Part shown: piece by piece, positions 26,109-37,771 of the stretch
Numbering within the stretch: position 1 is the first letter of the stretch
Layout of the letters: each line of letters starts with the position of its first letter
From: Azolla caroliniana
Lineage: Eukaryota > Plantae > Polypodiophyta
DNA length: 64,000 bases
Assembly (NCBI GenBank): GCA_043228905.1
Contig: JBHGNT010000018.1
Span: forward strand, 17,546,001 to 17,610,000
Direction: 5' to 3'
The notes under the pieces: generated by a model
The model's database searches: none
The model's input: the letters and a program-made list of their open reading frames with translations, nothing else
Told to the model about the DNA's origin: nothing
Position numbers and translations under genes: made by a program

Positions 26109-27879
26109 GTTAGTGGGGTGACCATATTCTATTGTTACACCCATTGTAAGTAGTGTTTTTCACACATTTATTAACCAAAGAGAGAGAGAGAGAGAAGAAA
26201 AGATACCCCAAAAATAGAGGGGGCGACTTGGGGCAAACCCATATATCTAAGTGTATATATATTTTCACAAATTGACACATACACATAAATATATACACAT
26301 TCACACACACATCGCATACACATATACATGCATGCATACATCTATGATCTATCTATTTATCATCTTAGTTAGGTGTGACAACACTTTTGGTTTAGTAGAG
26401 TTTTTGCTATCTATTTTTAACTTTACAAGCACTTTCTAAATAGCCTTGGGAAACATGTTACATTTCTCCATTCCTTTAAATTATGCAATTGAGAGAGAGA
26501 GAGACCATATAACATAAGAGGGATGTAGAGGTTATAAATTGGGTGTGTAAGGGTTATACAATTGGGTATGTGATGATTTTTTTATTAATTTGAAGTTCCG
26601 GTTGACATTAAAACTAATAGAAGATTATTAGTTGCTTAAAATTCTAAAATTCAGGTTAGGATAATGAGGAGGAGAAAAATTTCTCGTAGGGGTTAAAACC
26701 TTTGCCCAACATTGGTGCACACACATAAGTGCATTTAAACAAGCAATTCAATGTAATTTAAAACATATTGTAAATGTTTAATCAAGCACATACATGATAC
26801 AAATATATTCACATCCAAATACATATATATTCATAAGAGTACATTTACAAATATATTCTTGCATTCAAACACATCTATATTCTTGCAAATGCATATACAT
26901 TCACATGCATGTGCATCTAATATGCATATCATCATGTGTGTCTAATGTGTTTTTGTTGATCTCTTCACACTCCCCTAACCCATGTCCAAATAAACCACCA
27001 TATAACTTCTTCATCCATGGAGTGTTTTGTGATTGATCTAGACTACTCCCATGTCAAGGGTATCAAACACGGAGACTAAAAAATCAATTATAACTCACAT
27101 TTTGTACCATGTCACCATTGATTTCTATTCCTTGGGGCACTCTTAAACATAAAGCTAAGATGTTGCTTTGATTTTTCTTGACTTGGGCCGGTTGAAAATC
27201 TTTATAAATGGCTCATAAGCATATGTAAATAATCATTTACACTTCACATAGCATGATGCCTTTCCCATAATTTTCATATGCATGGATAAAAAGCGTTCCA
27301 AACAATGCCCCCACAATTTTGAACTTCCATTTGTGGTCATCAATCAAAGCTTCTCACCCTTTCTCTAATTATATGTTTCTTCAAGGCATCTTTTTTATCC
27401 ATGACATTTAATGAAAATATGGAGATACAAATATAAAAAAGTGGAATGCCACTTATTCAAGGGATTTATTGATGTAATCAACTAGTTCACATATTGTTTA
27501 GAGAGTAATTTATAAAGCATTAGATAAGAAAGCGGAAGAGGATTTCACAAAGCGAACCCACATGAATTTTTCTATAACAACACACTACAAGAAAAGAGCA
27601 AGAGAAAGGGTACATGTGCAAATCAAATAAATAAATAACATGTGATAGTGCAATATCTTAAATTTGTACATCCATACAAAGTTTAAATTACTATTCTTTT
27701 GTGTGCTCTAACCAAGCATTAATCTCACATTGATTCTTACTCTCATGTTGAATGAATGAACAAAATGGATGCATTGAATCTCACTCATTTTAACACATCT
27801 CATTTTACGATAAACAATTTAGCGAAAGAATGGCACTCCATTGTCACTACAACAATTCAATATTGACTATTTAGCTTTT

Positions 27880-28085
27880 AAACCGTTTTTATTAAACGGT
27901 TTGGGGATTTGTTAGTTCAGTTCGGTTTGGTTCAGGATTGAGCCTCGTAAACTCGGTTGAGCTTGTTTTGGCAAGACTCAAGCCAAACCAAACTAGGTTG
28001 GGCCAAACCAATTAAGCCTAAACGGTTTCGTTCAAGTTTGAAAACTTCCAAACCGGTTAAGCCGAAACCGAACCGCTAACCAACT
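27880..28085. mobile_element. Truncated copy of the same hAT MITE family
   Basis: AAACCG/AAGCC subterminal motifs. Lies at the position equivalent to 39723-40137 in the duplicated segment. Confidence 0.6.
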
Positions 28086-28859
28086 TTTGCTATTCAGTTT
28101 GAAAAACCGAAAATAATTTTGATATGGAACTTTTCAAATAAAGTGTTTTTCCTAACATTGTTGAAGAAATATATGCACGAATGCACAAATGAGGGTAAGT
28201 ACATTTTTATATCCTAGCGGTTACTGAAAGGTTCTTTACGGATCATAAAAAAAAAACGACGAGGTATTTTCTTTACATTGGTTTCCCTATCCTCGATTTA
28301 GGGAACTACATAAGCACACGTTCACATCATCTATGATTGAAAACCACAAACATTTAAAAAACCATCCATTCATTCCAAAAGATGTTGCAAGTACTACCAA
28401 ACCCAAAATCAAGTCAAAAATATTTGTCTCCAATCATCTTTACAATTTCTCATGCACTACAAAAGGGATATTTGACTGACTCCAATCATATCTTGACTCT
28501 CCACATCCCCTTTTGTAGACAAATTGTCATCATGTGTCCATATCCACATCTTAAGCTATTAATTAGGCAAGAACAAAAACCTTTATGTTCACCAGACATA
28601 TGGTATTATTGAAGTCACAAGTAGCATTTGTTTTGGTTTGTTCTCATGACAATAACCATTTGTCCCTATTCAATACCCTAATTAAGGGTTGTTCCTAAAA
28701 AGTTATATGCTTTCTCAATTCGTGTTAAATTCAGAATTAGATTTGGACTCTAACCTAATCTAATATTGATGACCCTTGTAGGCATGGGTGTCAATTAGTC
28801 CTCTAAATTGGTTGGCTCTTCCCACTAACTTGTAACCACCTCAAAGGTTATTAACTTTA

Positions 28860-29142
28860 AGGAAAAGTACCAAGATACCCCTTGAAGTTCGTCTCTTTAC
28901 TAGAATGCCCCTGAAAGTTCCAAATTCACCAAACTACCCCTATGTCCAAAAAATTACACTTTATAAAGTAATTATACACTCAAATCTACAAGTCCTATTT
29001 ACCAAAGATAGAAGAAATGGAGGCAAACTAGCCCTATTTACCAAATATTTGAGTGTATAATTACTTTATAAAGTGTAATTTTTTGGACATAGGGGTATTT
29101 TGGTAAATTTGGAACTTCCAGGGGTATCCTGGTACTTTTCCC
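28860..29142. mobile_element. Mutator-type MITE with long TIRs
   Basis: Arms (G/A)GGAAAAGTACC...GGTACTTTTCCC. Near-TSD tattaacttta/ttttaacttta. Same family as 45723-46035. Absent from the paralogous site at ~41200. Confidence 0.85.
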
Positions 29143-29757
29143 TTTTAACTTTATTTAATCACTTTTGCACTCACACGTAAAATCAAGACTCATAAACATC
29201 ACTTAAAAAGACTTGATTAATCCATGCTTAATTGCATTGAACACTTAACCAAACAAGGAAATTTTGAGCGATCATGATACGTTGCAGCTTTTTAAGTATA
29301 ATTAATTGATCGACATGATACAACAGATCCAATCTTGGACACCACCACCACCTATCCGACCCCACTTGCGAGGCGAGCGCATACAATTGTTCGAGTACGG
29401 GTTGGAGAGTGATGAAAAGAGGAAAGGACACTCGTTTGAGGAAGTTTTTTGGAAGTTTCTAGAATCCATAGGTACACACCACCGTACACACATGCATGCA
29501 TGTATGTCATGTTATGTTACCTCCATTCATTGTATGTGTATATGTGTGTGACTAGTATCTTTCGACATTTTGAACACGTTTATTTTGATTTTTCCACTCC
29601 AATATGTCCATGAAAAGAAGTTCACGTAGTTTAAATAATTGAATTTGTAACGATTTATTGGCATATATGCCTATCTCATGTCTTCTCTCTGTGTGTCCGT
29701 ATAGTATGTATGTATGTATGTGCACATGAATCATGTCTACATTTAATCTCTCTCTTT

Positions 29758-29819
29758 CTACATATACATACACATACACATACACATATACTGTTATACA
29801 CATACATATACTGTTATAG

Positions 29820-29910
<91 letters not shown>

Positions 29911-30152
29911 TACACTGTTATACATATACTGTTATACATATACATATACTGTTATAGATACACATACACATACACATACACTGTTATACATATACTGTTA
30001 TACATATACATACACTGTTATACATATACTGTTATACATATACATATACTGTTATAGATACACATACACATACACTGTTATACATATACATATACTGTTA
30101 TAGCTACACATACACATACACATACACTGTTATACATATACATATACATATA
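29758..30152. repeat. Compound microsatellite (ACATAC)n with TACTGTTA interruptions
   Basis: Directly visible. Confidence 0.92.
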
Positions 30153-30680
30153 CCCTAAATTTCCACTAAGATAAGTTAGAAGGAAACCCTAATGTGTAAA
30201 AATCACAAAAGGTAACGGGGAAAAACCCTAAAACGATCTCAAGAACCAAGACAGACGAGCGAATCAGAAAGCACATAGACTTAAGGAAACCCTAATGAAG
30301 AGAAAACACGTAAACCCTAATTATTTCACTAAGAAAAGTTAGAAGGAAACCCTAATGTGTAAAAATCACAAAAGGTAACGGGGAAAAACCCTAAAACGAT
30401 CTCAAGAACCAAGACAGACGACCGAATCAGAAAGCACATAGACTTAAGGAAACCCTAATGAAGAGAAACCACGTAAACCCTAATTTTTCCACTAAGAAAA
30501 GTTAGAAGGAAACCCTAATGTGTAAAAATCACAAAAGGTAACGGGGAAAAACCCTAAAACGATCTCAAGAACCAAGACAGACGAGCGAATCAGAAAGCAC
30601 ATAGACTTAAGGAAACCCTAATGAAGAGAAAACACGTAAACCCTAATTATTTCACTAAGAAAAGTTAGAAGGAAACCCTA
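30152..30680. repeat. 163-bp tandem repeat (~3.2 copies), four AAACCCTA teloboxes per unit
   Basis: AGGAAACCCTA following GTTAGA recurs at 30181, 30344, 30507 and 30670. Units are near-identical. Confidence 0.93.
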
Positions 30681-31000
30681 GTTTCATACCCTAAAGAAAA
30701 TCAAGAACGTATCATGTAATCTTGAGGAAGACAAGAATCAATGTCATCCAAATGAACCAAATGGATAGAAGGGAGGGCGTCTGTAGACTGTGAAATTATC
30801 AATTGACTCAGAGAATCACTTAAACTCAAATCTCAATAAAAAATGTTCAGAATGCATTAAACGCTTCATATACAAACACCAAATAATAAAAAATAAAGAA
30901 TACAACAATTTAGGGCGGCCATTACACTGCTGCATTTTATTAATTACAACTTCACAGATTCAGAAATTCCATCATCTGATGATGGCAACCTTACCGACAA

Positions 31001-31276
31001 CTAAATCGGACGATCCGCAACAATGATGTTACCATTGATGTTGACGAGAAACATATCAGGAAGGATATGATCAACACGAAGGTGGGAACCATTGCTGCAG
31101 ATGATGTGGAGCTCTTCGCCAGGTCTTGGGAGCTCGACAATCTTATTGGATGCGGGATCGATGTTCATGTCGCGATTAGCATAAACCTGTTCGTTGCCAC
31201 GGTTCCTCATCTGCACCTTGCAACGGCTTTGGGTTGTATTGTGGATGGTCATGGTCATGGTTTTGCGGAGCTTCAT
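31001..31276 (-). CDS. Unknown ~85-91-aa beta-rich microprotein, paralogue 1
   Basis: Intact ORF MKLRKTMTMTIHNTTQSRCKV..PRPGEELHIICSNGSHLRV..NGNIIVADRPI. Frame preserved relative to paralogue 2 across indels. CT-rich 5' leader. Confidence 0.62.
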   Translation of the reverse strand: MKLRKTMTMTIHNTTQSRCKVQMRNRGNEQVYANRDMNIDPASNKIVELPRPGEELHIICSNGSHLRVDHILPDMFLVNINGNIIVADRPI

Positions 31277-32091
31277 GGAATGGAGACAGAGAGAGACAGA
31301 GAGAGCTTAATCAGAGAGATTAAGAAGACACAGGAGAGAGATTAAGAAGACACAGAGAAGAAAAGAGACAGGAAGGAGAGTGACAGAGGATTGGGAAGAG
31401 AAGGGGGAAGAAGAAGAAAGAGATATTGATTTTTGTTGCTACGCTCGTGGAAAGCCTTGTTCATTCCTTGACAATTGAACAAAATATATTGCCCAACCTA
31501 CTTCTCTTGCAGCTTGTGAATCGTGATTTTGGGGCCAAATCACTCTTTTAAGAAGTTTTAACATATGCTTTTAACATCATAGTATGAACCACATGTACCA
31601 TAAGAGTACTTTTTCAATCATTCCAGTATAGTAAACACCCTCGAAATATGGTAAATGTCATACTTTTGTATTCATTATTTACTATAAGGTAGAACTGAAT
31701 TGATACTTTTTCGTTTTTGGCTTTGTCAAATGGTTAGGTTTTTGCTTTTTTGAAGCCGAATGTGTAGGATTTGATGATAGTAGTAGTAGAAGAATAAGAA
31801 GTTACCATGGAAAACAAAATATAAACATAAGAAAACACACCACCAACAAAATAACACAAGAAGAGAACCCTAAGGAGACCTTATTCGAAACCCTAAGGAG
31901 ACCTTATTCTTCGAAACCCTAAGGAGACCTTATGCTACATGGGTGAAGCTCTTGACAATTAGACCATACATTGTAATATATAGAATATTATTTTCATTTT
32001 TACTATATCGAGCGTTCCTTGTATATTCTTGTCACACAGTATATCGCTGTCATCATCATTCCCTCTCAGTCCCTCTCTCTCAGTCCCTCTC

Positions 32092-35000
32092 TACCGGGAC
32101 GGACGTGTCATAATAAATGATCGTGCCGCCAATTGACGGCGTGTGGCCCATGTGACAGATAATAAACTTAGGATCACTTTATGGAACTGTAACGGCGCAC
32201 TTTGGACACATCCTGGCCGTCTAGAGGAGATTTTGAAAGTATCTGATATACTTTTTGTAGTAGAAACACATCAAAGCCCAAATCGAGGACTGCCACGAGT
32301 TGACGGTTTTCGTTGGGAATCTGTCTTTAGACAAACCTCACGTCGACACACTACTAGAGGGTCTGGGGGGGTTGCGATATTATTTCGGAAAGAGATAAAT
32401 AATAGGATAGAAATACTAAAGTCAGACCCAGAAGCCCGTTTTATGTGGGTGAAAGTCCTCACTAGTAAGGATCATGTGATATTTATCGCAGTTTGTTACT
32501 TCCCCCCGAAAGGGTCCCGCTACAATATGGCTGGAGAGGCGAGTATAGTTGATGAAGGAACGCCACATGGGCCTTCTCCATACGAACCTTTGTCGGATGA
32601 CATAATCCGATATTCTTCTCAAGGGGAAGTCTTCCTGGTAGGAGATTTCAATGCGAGAACCCAGTCCCGACAATGCACAATATTTCAGATGGATAGAAAC
32701 CTAGAAATGGTGAATGTCGACCCTTTAGCCTTAGGCATAACACGTACATCGAAGGATCAAGGTGCGGATGCCACAAGCTTTGGCCATCATCTGCTTGAAC
32801 TTGGAAGCCGACACCAGATGATCATATATAATGGCTTAGCCAAGTGGCCGGGCTCGGAAGAGCTCACATGTTTCCCACATGGAGGAGGGGAAAGCACCGT
32901 TGATTATCTAATAGGACGCCCTGAAGCTACCCACATGGTTAGCTCCTTCCGGGTGGCCCCATGCCCCATTGGGGCAGACCATACCTTCCTATACTTTGAG
33001 CTAAAATGTGACACCTCCCACACCACCAACTCTAGTAAACCAACCCATCACACTATAATACATTTCACGCATGAGCTCGCGGACATCTACTCTCGACATG
33101 TTCAAGCCCATCTTTCCTCGTTTGATTCTTCCTTGCCTTTAGAGAACCTCACTACAGAACTCACACACATCCTTCACTCAGCCGCCACTAGTAGCTTCCC
33201 ATACACGAAAGACTCCAATCATAGTAGAATAGGGTCTATGCCACAAAACAAGTGGTATGACGAGGATTGTAGAGAGTTGTATAGACAACTTAAAGTATCG
33301 CGACTCAGTGGTACTATCTCCTTAGTACAGGCTCGCAAAGAGATGCGCAAGATGACACGTCGTAAAAGACGAGCTTGGGAAGCATCCCAATATTGGGAAC
33401 TCTACCATATGCTCATGAGTAGGGATTGTGCCCTTGCATGGAAGAGACTACGGGAACCGAGACCACAAACACCCATCGAGGATCCCAATATTTGGCACAC
33501 ATATACCGAGAGACTCTACCATGTCCCGAACCAACCACCCATTCCAATGCCCTCCACACCTCGACCTACCATGGGGACACTTTTCACGACCTCTAGGGTC
33601 ACGAAGGTCATAAAAAAATTACAACATAGGAAATCCATGGACCACACAGGATTGCGAGCCGAGCACATCATATATGCTCGAGAGTGCCTAGCTCCCCTTC
33701 TCACTCTAATCTTCAACCGCGCCCTCGCCGAGGGTTTTCCACCACAATGGGCCATGAACACTGTGGCCCCTATACATAAAGGAGGGGACCCAATGGACCC
33801 AAATACATATAGGACCATTATGATAGGTCATACGCTTGCTAAACTATATGGTGCAGTAATGGAAGCGGAGCTCAGTGATTATATGGAAACATTAAGTCTT
33901 CGAGCACCTGAGCAGGCTGGCTTTAGACGAGCCTTCTCCACTATTGACCACATCTTTACACTTAGGTGCTTAATTGACCAAACAAAGGCTCGTAAGAAGA
34001 AACTATATTGTTGCTTTGTGGACTTTCGCAAAGCCTTTGATACAGTTCCTAGGGAGAGGTTGTTTGATAGACTTAAGAGCTTGGAGATACCAAATGACAT
34101 GATTTGGGCCATTTATGCCCTATATGAGCAAGTCTATGGGCGCGTAAGATGCCCAGGTGGCCTATCCGATTGTTTCACTAGCACCATTGGTGTAAAACAG
34201 GGTTGCCCCCTATCACCGACTCTTTTTGGGATCTACATTGATGAGATCACTGATTTTATTGCTCGTAAGGGAGGCAAAGGAGTGGCTATTGGGGATACGC
34301 AAGTTAGTCTCTTACTCTACGCAGACGACATTGTCTTGCTCTCGGAGTCGGAACACGACCTACAAAAGCATCTTAATGCCCTAGATGACTTTTGTACACA
34401 ACGAGGACTGGTAGTGAATCTAGCGAAAACTAAAGTCCTTATCTTTCATACATCGTCCAGAGTTAGGAGTAAATGTCACCTCATCCTCTCTCATAAACTA
34501 GTTGAGGTGGTGGGATCTTATGTATACTTGGGAGTCACTTTTAGTGCTCGCTCAGGTAAATTCTCGATGACCCAGGCAGCCAAAGATAGGCTAACGAGAG
34601 GATATGCATCCCTCTCACTCTTAGAGAGACAATGCCACCAAGCATACTTTCAAGAGCCACGGACTAAGGGATGGCTTTTCGACTCATTAGTGACCCCGTC
34701 CCTCATGTATGCATCAGTAGTATGGGCTCCAGGTCTACCATCTTTCATGTGGACGCAATTGGAGAGACCTTTAGTGGTGATGTTATCACGTCAACTCCGA
34801 AGCAAATCGACAGTACCACATGACATTATTAGAGCGGAGTTTAGCCTACCCCCGATGTTAGTAGAAGCACTCTTTCAAGTGGTAGCTTTTATTCATCGGA
34901 TACATAGTCAACCACAAGATAGGATATCCCGTCGAGCCTTTGAGGCATCCCGATCCTTACATGTGTCTGGAGACACCAACTCTTGGTATAGCATTGTGGT

Positions 35001-36116
35001 GAGTTGGTTATTTGCAAATGGCATAGACATTAATAACCTACCTCCCCTTAAGTACAACCATGGGACTGATCAAACTTTAATCTCTCGTGAAGATCGTAAT
35101 AAAGTGATACGCCAAGACATATGGCAAATCTACACTCGATACAAATGGATCACCCCACGAGAGCCACTCCCATCTAAAATGGTGTACTATAAGGAACACT
35201 TCTTGCACTTCTCTAAGTTAGGGTTTATTACACGACCAAGATACCTAGATACTTTCTTATCAAATGCACTAAGGGTGGCCATTGGACAACTTAGGATATC
35301 ATCTCACCAACTTGAGATTGAGAATGGTCGAGCTAATAGAGTCCCTAGAGAGGAAAGGCTATGTAGGTTATGCCACATAGAGATAGAGGATGAGTATCAC
35401 TTCACATGCAAGTGCCCAACTTATGCCGAGATACGGGCGGAATACCAAGACATACTAGGACCCTCTCCCACCCTCTCCAAACTATTAGATACCCCGAGTG
35501 TAAAGAGACTAGGTAGGTATATCTTAGAGCTAAAACAACATAGGGAGGATAAATTACAAAGTGTTAATCATAACCCTTTTACTACTCATCAACATGTACC
35601 TAGTGTAATTTTTCAGGAACATGGGGAGACGATGAATGTGGATACACTTATGCCGCTCGGCCTCTCCCTTGAGGAAGCAGAAATACAAAGAGCAACCAAA
35701 CGTCCTCGGATGTTGGGCTTCAACACAAGTCAACGTGGAGTAGAAAAGATTAAGAAGATAAGGGAACGTGAGCTACGCCGACTCGAAGCTATGGTTGGGG
35801 TACCTCTTACATGGGGACCACGGGCCACATCCACATCATGGCAACCCTTTGACCCCCCGCTTCTCTTCGAGAGACTTGGATGGAAATGAAATTAGGCCTA
35901 GTATAGAATCATTCTCATTGTAGAACATGTTTTTTATATAGAACATGTTTGTTGTTTTCTTAGAACTATTTAGCTTAAACTCTATTTTATCTTATTTTTA
36001 TTTTTACTTTCGATGAATGGGTAAATATCCCATTTTTGTTGTACACCATTTGTCTCATGGGCCAATTTTGGCCTTAGAAGACGTTAATATATCTTTCTTT
36101 CTTCTTTCTTTCTTTC
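32092..36116 (+). mobile_element. 5'-truncated LINE (possibly RTEX-like) with intact ORF2, 3' UTR hairpins and (CTTT)n tail
   Basis: Short ORF1-like remnant (YRDGRVIIND..*), then a 1248-aa ORF2, palindromes at ~36017-36032 and GGCCAATTTTGGCC at ~36060, and a tail at 36093-36116. Inserted in a CT-rich tract. Clade assignment is inference. Confidence 0.9.
32143..35889 (+). CDS. LINE ORF2: AP-type endonuclease, reverse transcriptase and C-terminal CCHC
   Basis: LWNCNG, ETH, SGGVAIL, GDFNAR, STVDY, ADH (EN); QAGFR, FVDFRKAFD, GVKQGCPLSP, YADD (RT); CRLC..EDEYHFTCKC. No stops. No ATG before codon 101. Confidence 0.93.
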   Translation: MAHVTDNKLRITLWNCNGALWTHPGRLEEILKVSDILFVVETHQSPNRGLPRVDGFRWESVFRQTSRRHTTRGSGGVAILFRKEINNRIEILKSDPEARFMWVKVLTSKDHVIFIAVCYFPPKGSRYNMAGEASIVDEGTPHGPSPYEPLSDDIIRYSSQGEVFLVGDFNARTQSRQCTIFQMDRNLEMVNVDPLALGITRTSKDQGADATSFGHHLLELGSRHQMIIYNGLAKWPGSEELTCFPHGGGESTVDYLIGRPEATHMVSSFRVAPCPIGADHTFLYFELKCDTSHTTNSSKPTHHTIIHFTHELADIYSRHVQAHLSSFDSSLPLENLTTELTHILHSAATSSFPYTKDSNHSRIGSMPQNKWYDEDCRELYRQLKVSRLSGTISLVQARKEMRKMTRRKRRAWEASQYWELYHMLMSRDCALAWKRLREPRPQTPIEDPNIWHTYTERLYHVPNQPPIPMPSTPRPTMGTLFTTSRVTKVIKKLQHRKSMDHTGLRAEHIIYARECLAPLLTLIFNRALAEGFPPQWAMNTVAPIHKGGDPMDPNTYRTIMIGHTLAKLYGAVMEAELSDYMETLSLRAPEQAGFRRAFSTIDHIFTLRCLIDQTKARKKKLYCCFVDFRKAFDTVPRERLFDRLKSLEIPNDMIWAIYALYEQVYGRVRCPGGLSDCFTSTIGVKQGCPLSPTLFGIYIDEITDFIARKGGKGVAIGDTQVSLLLYADDIVLLSESEHDLQKHLNALDDFCTQRGLVVNLAKTKVLIFHTSSRVRSKCHLILSHKLVEVVGSYVYLGVTFSARSGKFSMTQAAKDRLTRGYASLSLLERQCHQAYFQEPRTKGWLFDSLVTPSLMYASVVWAPGLPSFMWTQLERPLVVMLSRQLRSKSTVPHDIIRAEFSLPPMLVEALFQVVAFIHRIHSQPQDRISRRAFEASRSLHVSGDTNSWYSIVVSWLFANGIDINNLPPLKYNHGTDQTLISREDRNKVIRQDIWQIYTRYKWITPREPLPSKMVYYKEHFLHFSKLGFITRPRYLDTFLSNALRVAIGQLRISSHQLEIENGRANRVPREERLCRLCHIEIEDEYHFTCKCPTYAEIRAEYQDILGPSPTLSKLLDTPSVKRLGRYILELKQHREDKLQSVNHNPFTTHQHVPSVIFQEHGETMNVDTLMPLGLSLEEAEIQRATKRPRMLGFNTSQRGVEKIKKIRERELRRLEAMVGVPLTWGPRATSTSWQPFDPPLLFERLGWK

Positions 36117-36239
36117 TCACTCTCTCTATCTCTTCTTTTCTCAAGTGTTCTACACCTTAAATTCTTCTTAGTACTAATATTTCTCTCTTAGTACTAATTT
36201 CGTCTCTATCTTAGAATTTTTTTTTTGAGCTTTAATAAG

Positions 36240-36635
36240 TGATGAAAAAACTAGAGTTTTTATCACAAGTCAATACAATGTATCGAGTTCATGTTTAAAA
36301 TTATTAATTTTTCCATAAAAAATATAAATAAATAAAAAAAATTGAAAAAAACAAAAAATATTTGAAAAAAAATAAAAAATATTGAAACAAATTGAAAATG
36401 TTTTTTTAAAAATTAGAAAAAATTACTTTAAACATGAACTCAATACATTGTATTGAATTGTGATGAAAAATCTGGTTTTTCTATGAACTCAAGCTTAATT
36501 TATTATTATTATTATTATTATTTAAATCTGGTAAAAAAACTTTGAACACGAATTCAATATATTGTATAGAGTTATGATGAAAACTCTATTTTTTACGTCA
36601 ATTCAATACAACATATCGTGTTCATGTTTAAAACT
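36240..36635. repeat. AT-rich foldback (nested inverted repeats)
   Basis: 36241-36300 is inverted at ~36427-36482. 36541-36633 is an imperfect palindrome of the same unit. Confidence 0.7.
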
Positions 36636-37411
36636 CTTGTTGTTTTTCAAATAAAAGAGGTTTTTTAAAGATGTATGTTGCACAACAAGATACCTTATGG
36701 TAAATATGTGCTTCATTTATTAGAAGAAAACCATTAATAATTGTGTTGATGGTAATTGAACTTTGCAAATGCCCTTTACTTCACAAATTTTGAAGGGGAA
36801 TTCTTATAAGGAAGGAGATTATAACATTGTAGATACCCTGATAACTATGTGTTATGTTCAAATTGATATATTAATGTTCACATCTAAAGTTTGACAGTTT
36901 ATGAATATCGTCTACATTTTAGAAGTTGTGGATTTATCAATATTGTTTATCAATATTGTCTACATTTCTTGAGTTGTGAATTTATGGATGTTAATGAGCA
37001 CTAATTTATAGATGATGACATTAAGGGTTGCAATATTACCTTTTATACTTAAAACATTTTCAAGTTTAACAATAGATGTAACCTTAATCTTCTCAAGATG
37101 GTGAAACCATTAATCTTAACTTGTGCCTTGAGTTGACCATAATTGTGATTTTCTTTAAGTTAACTACATTTCATATTTGCAAACCATCAACATTTAAACA
37201 TTTATCCCTAAACTATTCAATTTTAGAAATTATCATTTTGAAATTTGTTAAATCTCAAAAAATTAGCAAAATTTACATGTTATTTAAAACATGTGATATT
37301 GGTGTATCAAGTTTTTGGAAATTGTCTAAAATCGCAAGATTATAAAAGGAATCTATAAGTGGAATGCGCAATCCTTCCACTTGTGAATGCAAAGGTGTTC
37401 ACACCATCTAT

Positions 37412-37771
37412 TGTAATTCATAGGATATTATCTTCATTTATGCTTTATTATAAGAAAGTAATGTATATTCCAGATTTCTCTGGAACATTCTAGAAGTTTC
37501 AGGATTACTCCTGAGAACACTATAAAAGAAGGCACTAGGCATTATGTTGAACCAAATTGGTTCAACACCAGTGTTAAGCCTCTTAGCCATTTTGTACCTA
37601 TCCTTCACACAATATATTGGTTGTTATCATCATCATCTCTCTCTCTCTCTCTCTCTCATCCTCGCTATCTCTCTTTTCTCTTCTCTCTTTCTCTCTCTCT
37701 CTCAGGAGTCTTACGCAGTCCCATCCTCTTAGTACTAATAGTACTGCTCTTCTTTAGTACTATTCCTGACA
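37412..37771 (+). mobile_element. LTR-like segment (TG...CA); a related copy at ~31972-32090 and ~36117-36210 is split by the LINE
   Basis: TGTAA...TGACA, TATAAAAG at 37521, CT tract and TTAGTACTA repeats. No TSD found. Confidence 0.5.

Larger units (their letters stand above)
27560..31330 (+). repeat. Segmental duplication, copy 1 (paralogous to ~39370-44000)
   Basis: Colinear blocks: 27580-29230 vs 39372-41290, telobox repeats, 3' flank and microprotein ORF. Confidence 0.75.

Noticed and set aside
31067-31345. Plus-strand 92-aa ORF overlapping microprotein 1
   Set aside because: It is an antisense shadow. The equivalent frame has stops in the paralogues, and promoter-like signals favour the minus strand.
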